A stretch of DNA of 64,000 nucleotides from an uncultured Actinomycetes bacterium (GTDB lineage Bacteria > Actinomycetota > Acidimicrobiia > Spongiisociales > DATADW01), in the NCBI GenBank assembly GCA_963824995.1, contig CAWGRK010000001.1, forward strand, positions 13,094 to 77,093. Reading direction: 5' to 3'. Under the pieces are notes generated by a model. The model did not search any database. It had not been told where the DNA came from and saw only the letters and a program-made list of their open reading frames with translations. Of the stretch, positions 28,733-42,659 are shown piece by piece. A program made the position numbers and the translations under genes. The stretch's first letter is position 1, and every line of letters begins with the position of its first letter.

Positions 28733-31165
28733 ATGGACGTTGCACCCGGCACCTTCTATCTCGGCGGCGAGATCGATCCCAAGACCGGGGAAAGAACCGA
28801 GCAGGTGCTCCTCTACGACGCCCCCGACCTGACCACCCACGGCGTGATCGTGGGAATGACTGGATCGGGCAAGACCGGCCTCGGTCTCGGGATGATGGAG
28901 GAGGCGCTGCTCAACGGGGTCGCCACTCTGATGATCGACCCCAAGGGGGACATGGGGAACCTGCTCCTCTTGTTTCCCGAGCTACGCCCCGAGGATTTCC
29001 GCCCCTGGATCGACGAAGCCGCGGCGAGACGCGAGGGGCACCACCCCAGAAGACCTTGCCGCCAGGACCGCCGAGAGTTGGAGGGAGGGACTGGCCGGCT
29101 GGGATATCACCCCGGACCGCATCGCCAAGCTGCGCGACGCCGCCCCGATGACCATCTACACGCCCGGCTCGACGGCCGGTGTCGCCGTCAACGTGCTCGG
29201 CTCGCTCGACCCACCCGACCTGAACTGGGACACCGAGGCCGAGGTGCTGCGCGACGAGATCGAGGCATACGTTTCCTCGCTGCTCACCCTGGCCGGGGTC
29301 GAGTCCGACCCGGTGTCGGGCCGGGAGCATGTCCTGCTGGCCAACATCATCGAGGCGTCGTGGCGGGAGGGACGCGCCATCGACCTGGCGGGTCTGCTCG
29401 GTCAGATCGCCCAGCCGCCGTTCCGCAAGCTGGGGGTATTCGAGGTCGATGCGTTCTTCCCGGAGAAGGACCGGACAGCCCTCGCCATGAAGCTCAACGG
29501 GCTGGTCGCCTCGCCTTCCTTCGCCGCCTGGCTCGAGGGGACGCCGCTCGACATCGGCGCCATGCTCTTTCCCGAGGGAAAGCCGGCAGCCGCCATCCTC
29601 TATCTCGCCCACCTCTCCGACAACGAGCGTCAGTTCGCCGTGACTCTCTTTCTCTCCAAGCTGGTCACCTGGATGCGGCGCCAGTCGGGGACTACTCGAA
29701 CCTGCGTGCCCTGGTCTACATGGACGAGATGTTCGGCTTCTGTCCCGCCGACGGCAGAACCCCCATCGAAGAAGCCGATCCTCACCCTGCTCAAGCAGGC
29801 GCGGGCCTTTCGGCGTCGGATTCGTCGCCTCGACCCAGAACCCGGTCGACCTCGACTACAAGGCGATGTCCAACGCCGGAACCTGGATGATCGGACGGCT
29901 GCAGACCGAGCGCGACAAGGCACGCATCCTCGAAGGGATGACCTCGGCGGCGGGGGAACCGTGGACATCGGCGCGATCGACCCACTGATCTCCGGCCTGG
30001 GCAAGCGCCAGTTCGTGATGCACAAAACGGGGGGCAAGCCACCGATCACGTTCACCACCCGCTGGGCGATGTGCTTTCTGGCCGGCCCGCTGACCCGCGA
30101 CTCGGTGGTGGAGCTCATGGCGGGACGAAAGCCGCCTCCCGCCGCATCCCGAGACAGCGCCAGCTGCACGGCCTCCGAGCCTGCTCTGGCGGAGCAGGCA
30201 CCGGCGGCGGCTCCGGACAGAGATGGGACTCCGGCCACCGATGAGACGCTCCCCGTCGCCCCCGAGTCGGCGCCCTCGGTCCGATCCGCCTTCTTGGACC
30301 CGGCGGCGACCTGGGCCGCTGACGGTGGGTGCGACTCCAGGGTCGACGACGCTCCGACCGGGGGTGGCGGCGACCGTCCATCTCCGCTACGACGACACAA
30401 CGGCCGGGGTCGATCATCAGGAGACCTACGAGGCGATGCTCTTCCCGCTGGGCGCCACCTTCGACCCCGAGACGGTGCATGCCGTCGACCACGACCCTCG
30501 CGACTTCCGCGAGGAGGCCCCGCCCGGTGCGGGGTTCGCCCTCACCGATGTCCCCCTCGACAAGGCCTCTTACTTCACCGATCTCTCCCGGCGGCTCGCC
30601 GACCACCTCTATCGCAGCCGCACCGTGACCGTGTTCCGCAACAAGGAGCTCAAGCTCTTCTCCCGGGTCGGGGAGTCGAGGGAGGAGTTCGAGGCGCGCT
30701 GCCGCGAGGCAGCCGAGACCGCGGCCGACGCCGACACGGCCAAGTTGGAGGAGAAGTACCGCACCCGGATCCGGTCGGTCCAAGCACAGCTGAGCAAGGC
30801 CGAGTCGAGGGTGCGCGAACTGGAGTCGGCGGCGAGCGCCCGCAACCAGCAGTCGCTGGTGGAAGGTGCCGGTGAGCTTCTCGGGGCGCTGCTCGGCGGC
30901 AAGATGCGGTCGACCTCGCTCTCCAAGATGGCCTCGCAAGGCCGTCAGGCGGCCGCCGCCGGGGCCCGTCTCCAGACGGCGCAGGAAGCCATGGGGGCAA
31001 AGGCAGCCGAGGTGGAGCAGTTGGAGGCGGACCTGGCGGACGACCTCGAGGCCATCACCGCCAAGTGGAGCGAAGCCGCCGAGCCAGGTCGAGGAGATGG
31101 AGATCGGCCTGGAGAAGACCGACGTATCGGTGGACGATCTCGTTCTGGTCTGGGTGCCCAGCTGA
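28733..31165 (+). CDS. Large HerA/YjgR(DUF853)-like P-loop NTPase with a C-terminal coiled-coil region (about 5 frame switches)
   Basis: Walker A is in [25 protein letters not shown], followed by [12 protein letters not shown]. Walker B is [41 protein letters not shown] is typical of HerA/FtsK-like NTPases. The C-terminal heptad-like segment reads [28 protein letters not shown]. Confidence 0.6.
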
Positions 31166-31585
31166 TCAGTGGAGCTCGGGGGGCGCCGTCTCCGGGGCGA
31201 GAATCGCCCACAACAGGTCGCGGATGCTGACGATCCCGAGCAGTTGGTCGTCTTCCATCACGGGGAGGTGGCGGTACCCCGTCTCGAGCAGCCAGAGTGC
31301 CGCCTCCTCGACGTCGACATCCGGCGACACCGTGTCCGGGTCGGTCGACATCCACTGGCCCACCGAGGCGGTTGACACATCCGTGCCCTCGGCCACAGCG
31401 CGCAGCAGGTCGCGCTCGGTGATCAGCCCCACCAGGTCACGGCCCTGGATCACACCGAGCGAGCCGGTGGAGGCGTTGATCATCGCCTGAGCAGCCTCGG
31501 CGAGCGTGGCTTCGGGACCGCACAACTCGGCCCTGCCACCGATCAGACCGCTCAGCCTCACACCCTCTCCCCTCGCGTGATCCAC
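31166..31585 (-). CDS. CBS domain pair protein
   Basis: Intact 139-aa ORF with two CBS motifs (LGVIQGRDLVGLITERDLLRAV and HLPVMEDDQLLGIVSIRDLLWAI). Confidence 0.85.
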   Translation of the reverse strand: MDHARGEGVRLSGLIGGRAELCGPEATLAEAAQAMINASTGSLGVIQGRDLVGLITERDLLRAVAEGTDVSTASVGQWMSTDPDTVSPDVDVEEAALWLLETGYRHLPVMEDDQLLGIVSIRDLLWAILAPETAPPELH

Positions 31586-31615
31586 CGGAGGGTACAGGTG
31601 CGGAAGAGACGAGAC

Positions 31616-31685
31616 GGCGGACGGCGGACGGCGGACGCGTCTTGTTCTGTCTAAGTTACTAAGTACTGGGTACTGAGTACTTGAT
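31616..31685. promoter_or_regulatory. Repeat-rich, locally AT-rich region upstream of the CBS-domain gene
   Basis: GGCGGAC occurs 3 times in tandem (31616-31636). Four GT(T)ACT half-sites follow at 7-8 nt spacing (31655, 31663, 31670, 31677), including two palindromic AGTACT. Confidence 0.3.
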
Positions 31686-31695
31686 TCCGACGCGG

Positions 31696-31721
31696 ACGGG
31701 CGGGCCCTTCGGCCCGCCCGT
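31696..31721 (-). terminator. Stem-loop terminator candidate downstream of the sigma factor gene
   Basis: ACGGGCGGGCC-CTTC-GGCCCGCCCGT, a perfect 11-bp stem 25 nt past the stop at 31747. Confidence 0.6.
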
Positions 31722-31746
31722 TGCTCTCACCGGCCGTCCGGCCGGC

Positions 31747-32753
31747 TCAGATCAGGTCCTGCTCCCGGATCCCGAAGGAGGGGTGCCGCAACCGGCACAG
31801 GGCAAGCTTCTCCAGTTGACGGATCCGCTCCCGGGTCAGGTTGAACTCCTCGCCGATCTCCTCGAGGGTGCGGGGCACCCCGTCGTAGAACCCGTAGCGC
31901 AGAGCCAGGATGCGGCCCTCGCGGTTGGGCAGCCGCTCGATGGAGACGCGCAGGCTGTTGGCCACGTCCATCTCCTCGGTGAGCTGCACCGGGTCGGCGG
32001 CGTCCTCGTCCTCGATGAAGTCACCGAGCTGGGCGCCGTCCTCACCGACGGGCTGCTCGAGCGAGACCGTGTCGGCCACCCCCAGGGCGAGCTCGACCTT
32101 GTCGACGGTGACACCCGCCTCCTCGGCGATCTCGTCGGGGCGGGGATCGCGCCCCAACTCGGCCTTGAGGCTGGCCTGGGCGGCCCGCACCGCGGCGAGG
32201 GTGTCGTGGAGGTGCACCGGGATGCGCACCGTGCGCGACTTGTCGGCGATGGCTCGGGTGATGGCCTGGCGGATCCACCAGGTTGCGTAGGTGGAGAACT
32301 TGAATCCCTTGCGCCAGTCAAACTTCTCGACAGCCCGGATCAGACCGAGGTTGCCCTCCTGGATGAGGTCGAGGAAGTCGATACCCGAGGTGTTGGCGTA
32401 CCGGCGGGCGTTTGCCACCACCAGACGCAGGTTGGCGGTGAGGAAGGCGTCCTTCGCATCCTTGCCGTGACGGGACTTGCGGCGGAGCTCGAGCTCCTCC
32501 TTCTTGCCCTTGTAATCACCGCGTTCGAGACGCGCGCCGCGGCCTCCTCGCCGCCTTCGATTTTCTGCGCAAGCTCGACCTCCTGCTCTGCTGTGAGCAG
32601 GTCGTATTCGCCGATGGCGGTGAGGTACTGGCTGACCAGGTCAGTGGTCAGACGACCACGCTCATCGGTCAGCTTGCTGCGCTCACGCTCGCGGTCCCGA
32701 TCGCGCCGTGCTTTGAGCGCGGCGTCAGGACGCGACGTGTCGGCTGATGCCAT
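31747..32753 (-). CDS. RNA polymerase sigma-70 factor, RpoD/SigA family (about 335 aa, SigB-like size), one frame switch near 32520
   Basis: Region 2: [64 protein letters not shown]. Region 3 is present. Region 4: [30 protein letters not shown]. The N-terminal fragment lies in ORF 32340-32819. Confidence 0.85.
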
Positions 32754-32995
32754 CTGCGGTGCCTCCGAAGGGTGGGGAACGCCGGAATGGAACCGCTTCC
32801 AGTCCCGACTCGTCAACACTATGACACACTCTGTTCACCTTGTGAACCCCCAACTTCTCCACACTGCCTCCAGTACGGATGAGGGTCCCTGACCAGGCCA
32901 TCCATAGGGTGTCCACAGGGTTATCGACAGAACGCATAACGCCCTGATAGAGATTCCCGATCTCGCCCAATCTCTAACATCTACTCTCTCCGGCC

Positions 32996-33388
32996 ATGCC
33001 CATACCGATGGCCGTGGCACGTTTCAACCGCCGCGTCACCAATCCAGTCCTAGGGCGGCTGTCGAAATGGGCCCCCGGGATGGCGACGATCCTCCATCGG
33101 GGGCGGAGGTCGGGAAAGCCCTACCAGACTCCGATGATGATCTTCGAAGCCACCGGTGGTTGGGTCATGGCGCTCACCTATGGGAGCAAGGTCGACTGGG
33201 TGCGGAACCTCATCGCCGCGGGTGGTGGCGCGATGATCCACCGCAGCCGCACGATCCCACTCACCGAGCCACGGCTCATATCCACCGCCGAGGGTATGGC
33301 ACTGATGCCGGCGATCGTCCGTGGGGTGCTCAGCACCATCGGGGTCACCGAATTTCTCCGTGTCGACAGGGCGGGCGATTCGGAGTAA
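32996..33388 (+). CDS. Deazaflavin (F420H2)-dependent nitroreductase-family protein (DUF385/Ddn-like)
   Basis: Intact 130-aa ORF with NRRVTNPVLGRL...ILHRGRRSGKPYQTPMMIF...YGSKVDWVRNL, the pattern of the family. Confidence 0.7.
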   Translation: MPIPMAVARFNRRVTNPVLGRLSKWAPGMATILHRGRRSGKPYQTPMMIFEATGGWVMALTYGSKVDWVRNLIAAGGGAMIHRSRTIPLTEPRLISTAEGMALMPAIVRGVLSTIGVTEFLRVDRAGDSE

Positions 33389-33415
33389 ACGGCGCGGGGT
33401 AGATACGGTGCCCTC

Positions 33416-35194
33416 ATGCGGTCATTGAGAGTCGGCGGAGCCATGTCGTTGGTGGCGGCGATCGTGGTGGCATTGATCCCGGTCACCGCCAGCACAGCAG
33501 CCACCCAATTCGAGGACGTCCCTTCCGATCACTACTTCGCCACCGAGATCGGGTGGCTGGCGACACAGGGCATCACCAATGGGTGCACAACCGACACGGT
33601 TCTGCCCCGACGACCCGGTGACCAGGGGTCAGATGGCGGCGTTCCTGGTGAGGGCGCTCCCCGACCTGCAAACCCTCGATCTGGGGGCACCCTTCGACGA
33701 CGTCCCCGCCACCCACACCTTCTACAACGAGATCGGCAAGCTGGCCAAGGCGGGGATCACCGAGGGCTGCGACCAGGCGGGGACCCGCTTCTGCCCCGAG
33801 GAGCAGGTCACCAGGGGGCAGATGGCCGCCTTCTTGGTGAGGGCGCTCCCCGACCTGCAAAACCTCGACCCGGGCCCCTCGTTCGACGATGTTCCGGCCA
33901 GCCACACCTTCCACAGCGAGATCGGCAAGCTGGCCAAGGCGGGGATCACCGAGGGCTGCGACCAGGCCGGGAACCGCTTCTGCCCCGAGGAATCGGTCAC
34001 CAGGGGGCAGATGGCGGCATTCCTCTACCGCGCCCTCTCCGACACCGCGGTGGCGCCCACCACTACCACCAGGCGAACGACGACCACCACGATCAGACGC
34101 ACCACGACGACCACCACCCCACCCGGGGGGCAGGTGGCCATGAAGTTGGTGCCGGTGGTCACCGAAGGGCTGAGCCAGCCATTGTTCCTCACCCACGCCC
34201 CGGGCGACTCCACCAGGCTGTTCATCGTCGAGAAGGGCGGGGCCATACGGGTGGTCCTCAACGGCGCTCTGCGCGACGATCCCTTCCTCGAGGTTGCGGT
34301 ATCGACCGATAGTGAGCGGGGACTGCTCGGGCTCGCCTTCCACCCCAATTACGCCAGCAACCGGCGCTTCTTCGTCGCCTACACCGACCCCTCCGGGACC
34401 GTCAAGGTCGACGAGTACCTCCGCTCCGACAACGCCAACTTCGCCGACGATGGACTCGGCCACCCCGATCATCTCGATACCGCACCCTGGGCAGAGCAAC
34501 CACAACGGTGGGATGCTCGCCTTCACCCCCGACGGTCTTCTGCTCATCGGCACCGGCGACGGCGGTGGGAGCGGGGACCCCGACGAGAACGCCCAGGACA
34601 CCAACAGCCTGCTGGGGAAGGTGCTGCGGATCGACGTCGACGGGGGCAACCCTTATGCCATCCCCGACGACAACCCGTTCGCCGACGGGCAGGGCGGGGC
34701 GCCCGAGGTGTGGCTTTGGGGTCTGCGCAACCCGTGGCGGTTCTCGGTGGACGCCACCTCGAGCCGGTTGTTCATCGGAGACGTCGGGCAGAGCACCCGC
34801 GAGGAGATCGACGCCATCGGGCTCGGTGCGGCTTCCGCCAACCTCGGTTGGGACATCATGGAGGGGACGGTCTGTCACGAGCCGACTTCGGGCTGCAACC
34901 AGTCCGGGCTCAGGCTCCCCATCCACGACTATGGGCGTGACAGCGGTGGCGCCGTCACCGGGGGGTACGTCTACCGGGGATCCGACCTCACCGGACGAAA
35001 GGGCCTCTACTTCTTCGGCGACTTCATCAGCGGCCGGGTGTGGACGCTGCGGTACGCCAATGGCGTCGTGTCCAACCTGACGGAGCGGCCGAAGCTGAGC
35101 GTCGCCGGCATTGGCGTCGTTCGGGGTGGATGCCGGGGGCGAGCTGTACCTGGTCTCGCTTGGTGGCGATGTGTACCGCGTCGCCCCCGACTGA
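33416..35194 (+). CDS. Secreted PQQ-dependent sugar (glucose/sorbosone) dehydrogenase with three N-terminal SLH-like repeats and a Thr-rich linker (about 3 frame switches)
   Basis: Signal peptide, then 3 repeats of F.DVP..H.F..EIG.LA.AGIT.GC.....FCP...VTRGQMAAFL.RAL and a TTTTRRTTTTT linker. GSDH motifs: ERGLLGLAFHPNYASNRRFFVAYTD, HNGGMLAFTPDGLLLIGTGDGG, GLRNPWRFSVD. Confidence 0.75.
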
Positions 35195-35197
35195 TCG

Positions 35198-35471
35198 TCA
35201 CACCTCGAGGTAGATGCACTCCCCCGGGCATTCCTGGGCCGCCTCGATGACAACATCGAACAGGCGGTCGGGAACCCGGGCCATCCCGGCGGCTCCCTCC
35301 GGTCCGTGACCCGGGCCCGGCGCCACCGTCGAAGACGGTGGTCTCGCCGAAGTCCTCGGCTAGCTCGCGTACCGCCCAGATCCCATCGGACCTGGGGACG
35401 AACACCTCGGGGGCGATGCTCTCGCAGGTGCCCGCACCCATGCACTGGTCGGCGTCGATCCAAACCTTCAT
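35198..35471 (-). CDS. Small ferredoxin (single [3Fe-4S]/[4Fe-4S] type), one frame switch
   Basis: The N-terminus is MKVWIDADQCMGAGTCESIAPEVF. The C-terminus is ...AAQECPGECIYLEV in a shifted frame. The span is 274 nt, not a multiple of 3. Confidence 0.65.
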
Positions 35472-35589
35472 CGATTCCTCCTTGTCGTGACCGCCGACAA
35501 GATGCGACACCCGACGACAACGGAACCTCAACGGATCATGAACGTCGGCACCCTCGGGCGTTGACGTCCGGTGGGGCTACGGTGCCCAG

Positions 35590-37618
35590 GTGGGCAACCG
35601 ACTGGGCGAGGCGAGCTCGCCATACCTCCGCCAGCACGCCTCCAACCCGGTCGACTGGTACCAGTGGGGCGAGGATGCCTTCGCCGAGGCCCGTAGCCGG
35701 GAGGTGCCCGTGCTGCTGAGCGTGGGCTACGCCTCCTGCCACTGGTGCCATGTCATGGCGCACGAGTCGTTCGAGGACCCGGAGATCGCGGCCGAGATGA
35801 ACCGCGCCTTCGTCAACATCAAGGTCGATCGCGAGGAACGGCCCGATGTGGACGCGGTGTACATGGAGGCGGTCCAGGCACTGACCGGGCGTGGCGGCTG
35901 GCCGATGACCGTCTTCCTCACCCCGGAGGGGGAGCCGTTCCACGCCGGGACCTACTTCCCGCCGGACGATCGCCACGGGATGCCCTCGTTCCGCCGGGTC
36001 CTCTCCGCGGTCGAGGAAGCCTGGACGGAACGCCGCACGGAGGTGGTCGATCAGGCCGGAGAGCTCACCCGCGCCATCGCCAGCCGGGTGCCGCCCGCCG
36101 AGGAGGGTCCCGATCTCGGCACGCTCCAGGCGGCGTACGAGGCCATCGCCTCTGCCTTCGACCCAACATATGGTGGGTTTGGCGCCGCGCCGAAGTTCCC
36201 CCAGCAGCCGGTCCTCGAGTACCTCCTCCGGGTGCTCCGGCTTCCCTGGGCGGGTGGGGCCGCCTTCATGCTCGGTTCCACCCTCGACGCCATGGCGAGG
36301 GGTGGGATCCACGACCAGGTTGGCGGTGGCTTCGCCCGCTATTCGGTCGACTCCGGATGGCTGGTCCCCCACTTCGAGAAGATGCTCTACGACAACGCCC
36401 AACTCGCCAGGCTCTATTTGTGGGCATGGCGCGAACTGGGGGAGGATGCCTACCGGGCGGTGGCCGTCTCCACTCTCGAGTACATGCTGCGCGACCTCGG
36501 CCAGCCAGAAGGCGGGTTCTGGTCGGGCGAGGATGCCGACAGCGAGGGCGAGGAGGGGCGCTTCTACGTTTTCACCGAAGACGAGATGCGGACGGCGGTC
36601 GGCGACCCCGATCTCGAAGCCGCCGCGCTCTTCTTCGGAGTCACCGCCGAGGGGAACTTCGAGGGGAGCAACGTGCTTCACCAAGCGCGCACCATCGAAG
36701 AGGTGACGACGGCGACCGGAGCGACCGCCGAGGAAGTCGAGGCGGCCCTTTCCCGGGCGCGGGACCGCCTGACCGAGGTCCGGTCCACCCGGGTACGACC
36801 CGGTTTGGACGACAAGGTGGTCACCTCGTGGAACGGGTTGGCGCTGCGCGCCTTGGCCGAGGCGGGGGCCGTCCTCGACGAGCCGCGCTATCTGGAGGCG
36901 GCGCGCCGCAACGCCCGGTTCCTGCTCGAACGTCTCCGCCGCGACGACGGCCGGCTGCTCCGCTCCTGGTCGCCCCACGGCTCCGACGGCGCCGGCGTCC
37001 CCGGGTTCCTCGAGGACCACGCCGCTCTGGCGATGGGACTCTTGGCTCTCTACCAGGCTACCGGAGAGACCGAGTGGCACGCCGCCGCTCGGCGCACCGT
37101 CGATGACATGCTCGACCTCTTCTCGGGTGAGGGCGGCACGCTCCGTCGTGTGGGGTCAGACGCCGAACAGTTGGTCGCCGACCCCCAGGACCTGTTTGAC
37201 AACCCGCTCCCCTCGGGGAACTCGCTGGCGGCTGAGGCCCTGATCGGATTGTCTCTCTCCACCGGCGACGACCGCTATCGGGTCGCCGCCGATGCTGCCC
37301 TCCGGGCGGGGGCGGGTATCGCGGCCCGCTACCCGACGGCGGTGGGGCATCTCCTCGCCGTGGCGGCTTCGGTCGAGATCGGCCTGAGGGAAGTGGCGGT
37401 CGTCGGTCCCGAGGCGGAGACCCTATCCAGGGTGGCGTGGGAGCGGTTCCGCCCCGGTGTCTTCCTGGCATGGTCCACCGATGGAGACGGCGTCGACGAA
37501 GTACCGCTCCTCGCCGACCGGCTGGCGCGACGGCGAAACGCTCGCCTATGTGTGCGAGCGGTTCGTCTGTCAGGCCCCCGTCTCCGACCCGACCGCGCTC
37601 CGATCCGAGCTGGGCTGA
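35590..37618 (+). CDS. Thioredoxin-domain protein of the DUF255/YyaL family (N-acylglucosamine-2-epimerase-like C-terminal fold), one frame switch near 37510
   Basis: Motifs: [52 protein letters not shown]...[13 protein letters not shown]. The true C-terminus (...[24 protein letters not shown]) ends at TGA 37616-37618. The 941-aa track ORF runs on only because of the frame switch. Confidence 0.8.
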
Positions 37619-38523
37619 TCCGGCCCCCAGAAGCATCCTGCAGCCCGGCGGCGGTGAACCAGACGAAAGCCACCCAGATGGCATCGGCCAGCAGCAGGTG
37701 GACGAGCTGCATCCAGACCGGGGTGAAGAGGAGCACGTTGGCCAGACCGGCCGCCAGTTGGAGCACGACCAGCGCCACGAGCAGCCTTGCGACCCGGGAG
37801 GTGCTGTCTGCTGCCGACCAGCGCCGGCGGGCCATGAGGACCACACCGAGGCCGAGAGCGGTGGCGGCGATCGGGTGGATTGTCCGCAGTCGGGTGAGGA
37901 GGTGCTCCGAGGAGGCCAGGTCTCCGACGGCGAAACCGACGGCGTCCTTGGGGAAGAGCGTGTCGGCGAGGGCGGTCACCGCTCCCGTGGCGCTGACCAG
38001 GACGGTGCCTGCGGCTATCACCACCGCCCACACCGCAAAGCTGCGGTCCGGTTCCGGGACGGAGCGGGCCTCCGCCGGACGCCCAGAAGGCGGTGAGGGT
38101 CAACGCCGCCAGGAGCAGCAGCGTGTTGACCAGATGGAGCGGGACCGAAACCGAACGTGCCACCGAGTCGTCGCTCCCCACCAGCGCGGCGAGCACCAAC
38201 CAGGCCCCGATGAGCGCCTCGCCGATGATGGCGACCACCGAGAACGACCGCCGCCTTGCGGGCCAGGTGACCCCGCCCGAAGGCGCGGAACACCCACACC
38301 GCCAGCACCCCACTGCAACGATCGCCACGCCGCTCGCCACCCGGTGGGTGAACTCGACGGCGCGGGCGCCCTCGAGCACGGCGGGGACGATCTGACCGTC
38401 GCAGGTGGGCCATGACTCGCCGCACCCCGCCCCCGACCCGGTCGCTCTGACCAGCGCCCCGAGCAGGATCACGACGACGTTGATGCCAAGCGTCACCCAG
38501 GCAAAGCGGACCACCCGACTCAC
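37570..38523 (-). CDS. ctaA: Heme A synthase (COX15/CtaA family), 2 or more frame switches; 3' end uncertain
   Basis: The N-terminus is [34 protein letters not shown] with EFTHRV. The second half ([11 protein letters not shown]...HPIAA...[13 protein letters not shown]...[10 protein letters not shown]) lies in the frame of ORF 37329-38033. Confidence 0.7.
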   Translation of the reverse strand: MSRVVRFAWVTLGINVVVILLGALVRATGSGAGCGESWPTCDGQIVPAVLEGARAVEFTHRVASGVAIVAVGCWRCGCSAPSGGVTWPARRRSFSVVAIIGEALIGAWLVLAALVGSDDSVARSVSVPLHLVNTLLLLAALTLTAFWASGGGPLRPGTGPQLCGVGGGDSRRHRPGQRHGSGDRPRRHALPQGRRRFRRRRPGLLGAPPHPTADNPPDRRHRSRPRCGPHGPPALVGSRQHLPGRKAARGAGRAPTGGRSGQRAPLHPGLDAARPPAAGRCHLGGFRLVHRRRAAGCFWGPDQPSSDRSAVGSETGA

Positions 38524-38594
38524 CCGGCCAGGGTACCGGCGACCGAGGTGCGGCCGGTCGGTGCGTGAGGACGCCGCCTACCATCGACCAATCC

Positions 38595-40838
<2,244 letters not shown>

Positions 40839-41112
40839 TAGGAGTCGCCACCTTTTCCCACGTGAGTGGGAGCGGCGTCTCGAGTGGCGGCGCCGCTAGC
40901 GCCCGGCCACCTCCAGAGTCCGTTGACTACTCTGACAACTAGGACCACCTCCTTTCTCTGGTAGATGCATTCTCGCACATCGCGGAGGTGGTACAAGCAG
41001 CATTCTTCCGGGAGCGGCCGGTGAGCCGAAGCTCGGGCCGCTCACTAGCATCGGGCGGTCGCTCCCTTCATGGGGTGTCGGCATCGAAAACCACCCGAAG
41101 GAGCCTTCAACG

Positions 41113-42635
41113 ATGACGATTCGTGCCCGCTCGGTCGAGGAGGGCCTGAGCGTCGAGGACTTGCGCGCCCTTGCCGAGAAGCAGCCCAACGCCCATCCGA
41201 CCGAGTTCGGCAGCCTCGACATCCTCACGACGGTGACCTCCCGGTCCACCAACGAGACCGTGATCGTCTCCGACGGCCGGAGGACCACCTCGCTCCCACC
41301 ATCACCCGCCAGGCGTATGCCGATGTCGCCGCCGCCCAGGACCGGCTATCTGGACGATGCCGAGGTCGTGGTGCTCGACGGGTACATCGGCGACCACCCC
41401 GACGGTGCGATGGCGACCCGGCTCATCGTGGAGAAGAGCAACGCCAACCTCGCCGGGATGCAACAGCACCTCTACTTCCCTGCGGGGCCCGAGTTCGAAC
41501 CCGAACTCACCGTCGTCTACACACCCAACCTCCCCGCCACCGGCTACCAGAACGAACGGCTGGTAACCGTCGACCTCGAGGCGGGGGTCACCCGGGTGCT
41601 CAACTCGGACTACTTCGGCGACTCCAAGATGGGTGGCATTCGGATGTGGGACGCCGAGATGTACCGGCGGGGCGGGCCTCGCCTTCCACGCCGGGCTCAA
41701 GGTGATGGATCTGGGCGACGGTCCGCGGGTGCTCCTCATCGTCGGGCTCTCCGGAACCGGAAAGACGACGACGACGTTCTCCGAGCCCGAGGTGAGCCGC
41801 CCGTCGCAGGACGATTTCGTGTCGCTACTCCCCGACGGCCGGGTCTTCGGGACCGAGGCGGGAACATTCGCCAAGGTGTACGGGCTCACCCCGACATCGG
41901 AGCCGGGCATCTGGCCGGGGGCGATCGCCCCCGATACCTACCTGGAGAACGTGGCGATCGACAGCAACGGCAAGGTCGACTTCGGCTGACAAGCGGCACA
42001 CCGAGAACACGAGGGCGATCATCGCCGGGAGCCACCTCCCCGGCTTCCTGCCCCCGGCCAACATCGAGCGGGCCGACTATGTCCTCCTGCTCACCCGCAA
42101 CGAGAACGTGGTTCCGGCAGTGAGCAAGCTCGACAAGGAGCAGGCGGCGGCGGCCTTCATGCTGGGCGAGTCCCAGGGGACCTCGGCGGGTGGTGCCGCC
42201 GAGGCGGGCAAGTTCCTCAGGATCCCCGGCACCAACCCGTTCTTCGCCTACCGGGACGATTGGCAGGGGAACCGCTTCTACGAGTTGCTCCAGCAGGTCC
42301 CATTGGAGGTGTACCTGCTCAACACCGGCCGGGTGGGCGGACCCGAGGAGCGACGACCGTTCCAAGAACGTCACGCCCCGGGCACACGTCGGCGGTGGTG
42401 AGGGGCATCGTCTCCGGGTCGATCCAGTGGGACACCGACCCGACAAATGGGACAGCTGGTGGCAAGCGCCGTGCCCGGCATCGACGACATCGAGTTGCTG
42501 CAACCGTGGCGTCTCTACGAGCGCCAGGGCAGGGCCACCGAGTACCAGACATTCGTCGAGCGACTCCGCCAGGATCGGCGCGCCCACCTCGACCGCTACG
42601 ACCAGCTGCACCCCAGCATCTGCGACGCGGTTTAG
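41113..42635 (+). CDS. pckA: Phosphoenolpyruvate carboxykinase (ATP), about 4-5 frame switches
   Basis: The kinase-1a P-loop is LIVGLSGTGKTTT. Other motifs: DDFVSL...GTEAGTFAKV, HTENTRAI, LLTRNENVVPAVSKL..EQAAAAFMLGES, LLNTGRVGG. Confidence 0.8.
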
Positions 42636-42659
42636 CCGCCCGACAGTCGGAACTTTCGG

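Noticed and set aside
37329-38033. A 234-aa ORF extending the heme A synthase C-terminus about 290 nt into the convergent DUF255 gene.
   Set aside because: The extension beyond about 37615 is an Arg/Ser/Pro-rich shadow of the opposite strand. The true ctaA stop is probably masked by an indel near the GGGGG run at about 37625.
41975-41995. In-frame TGA interruptions (for example in pckA at 41987-41989) as possible selenocysteine codons, given that tRNA-Sec is in the window.
   Set aside because: Downstream homology (DKRHTENTRAI) resumes in a different frame, so the interruption is an indel, not recoding. No interruption examined kept the same frame across a TGA.
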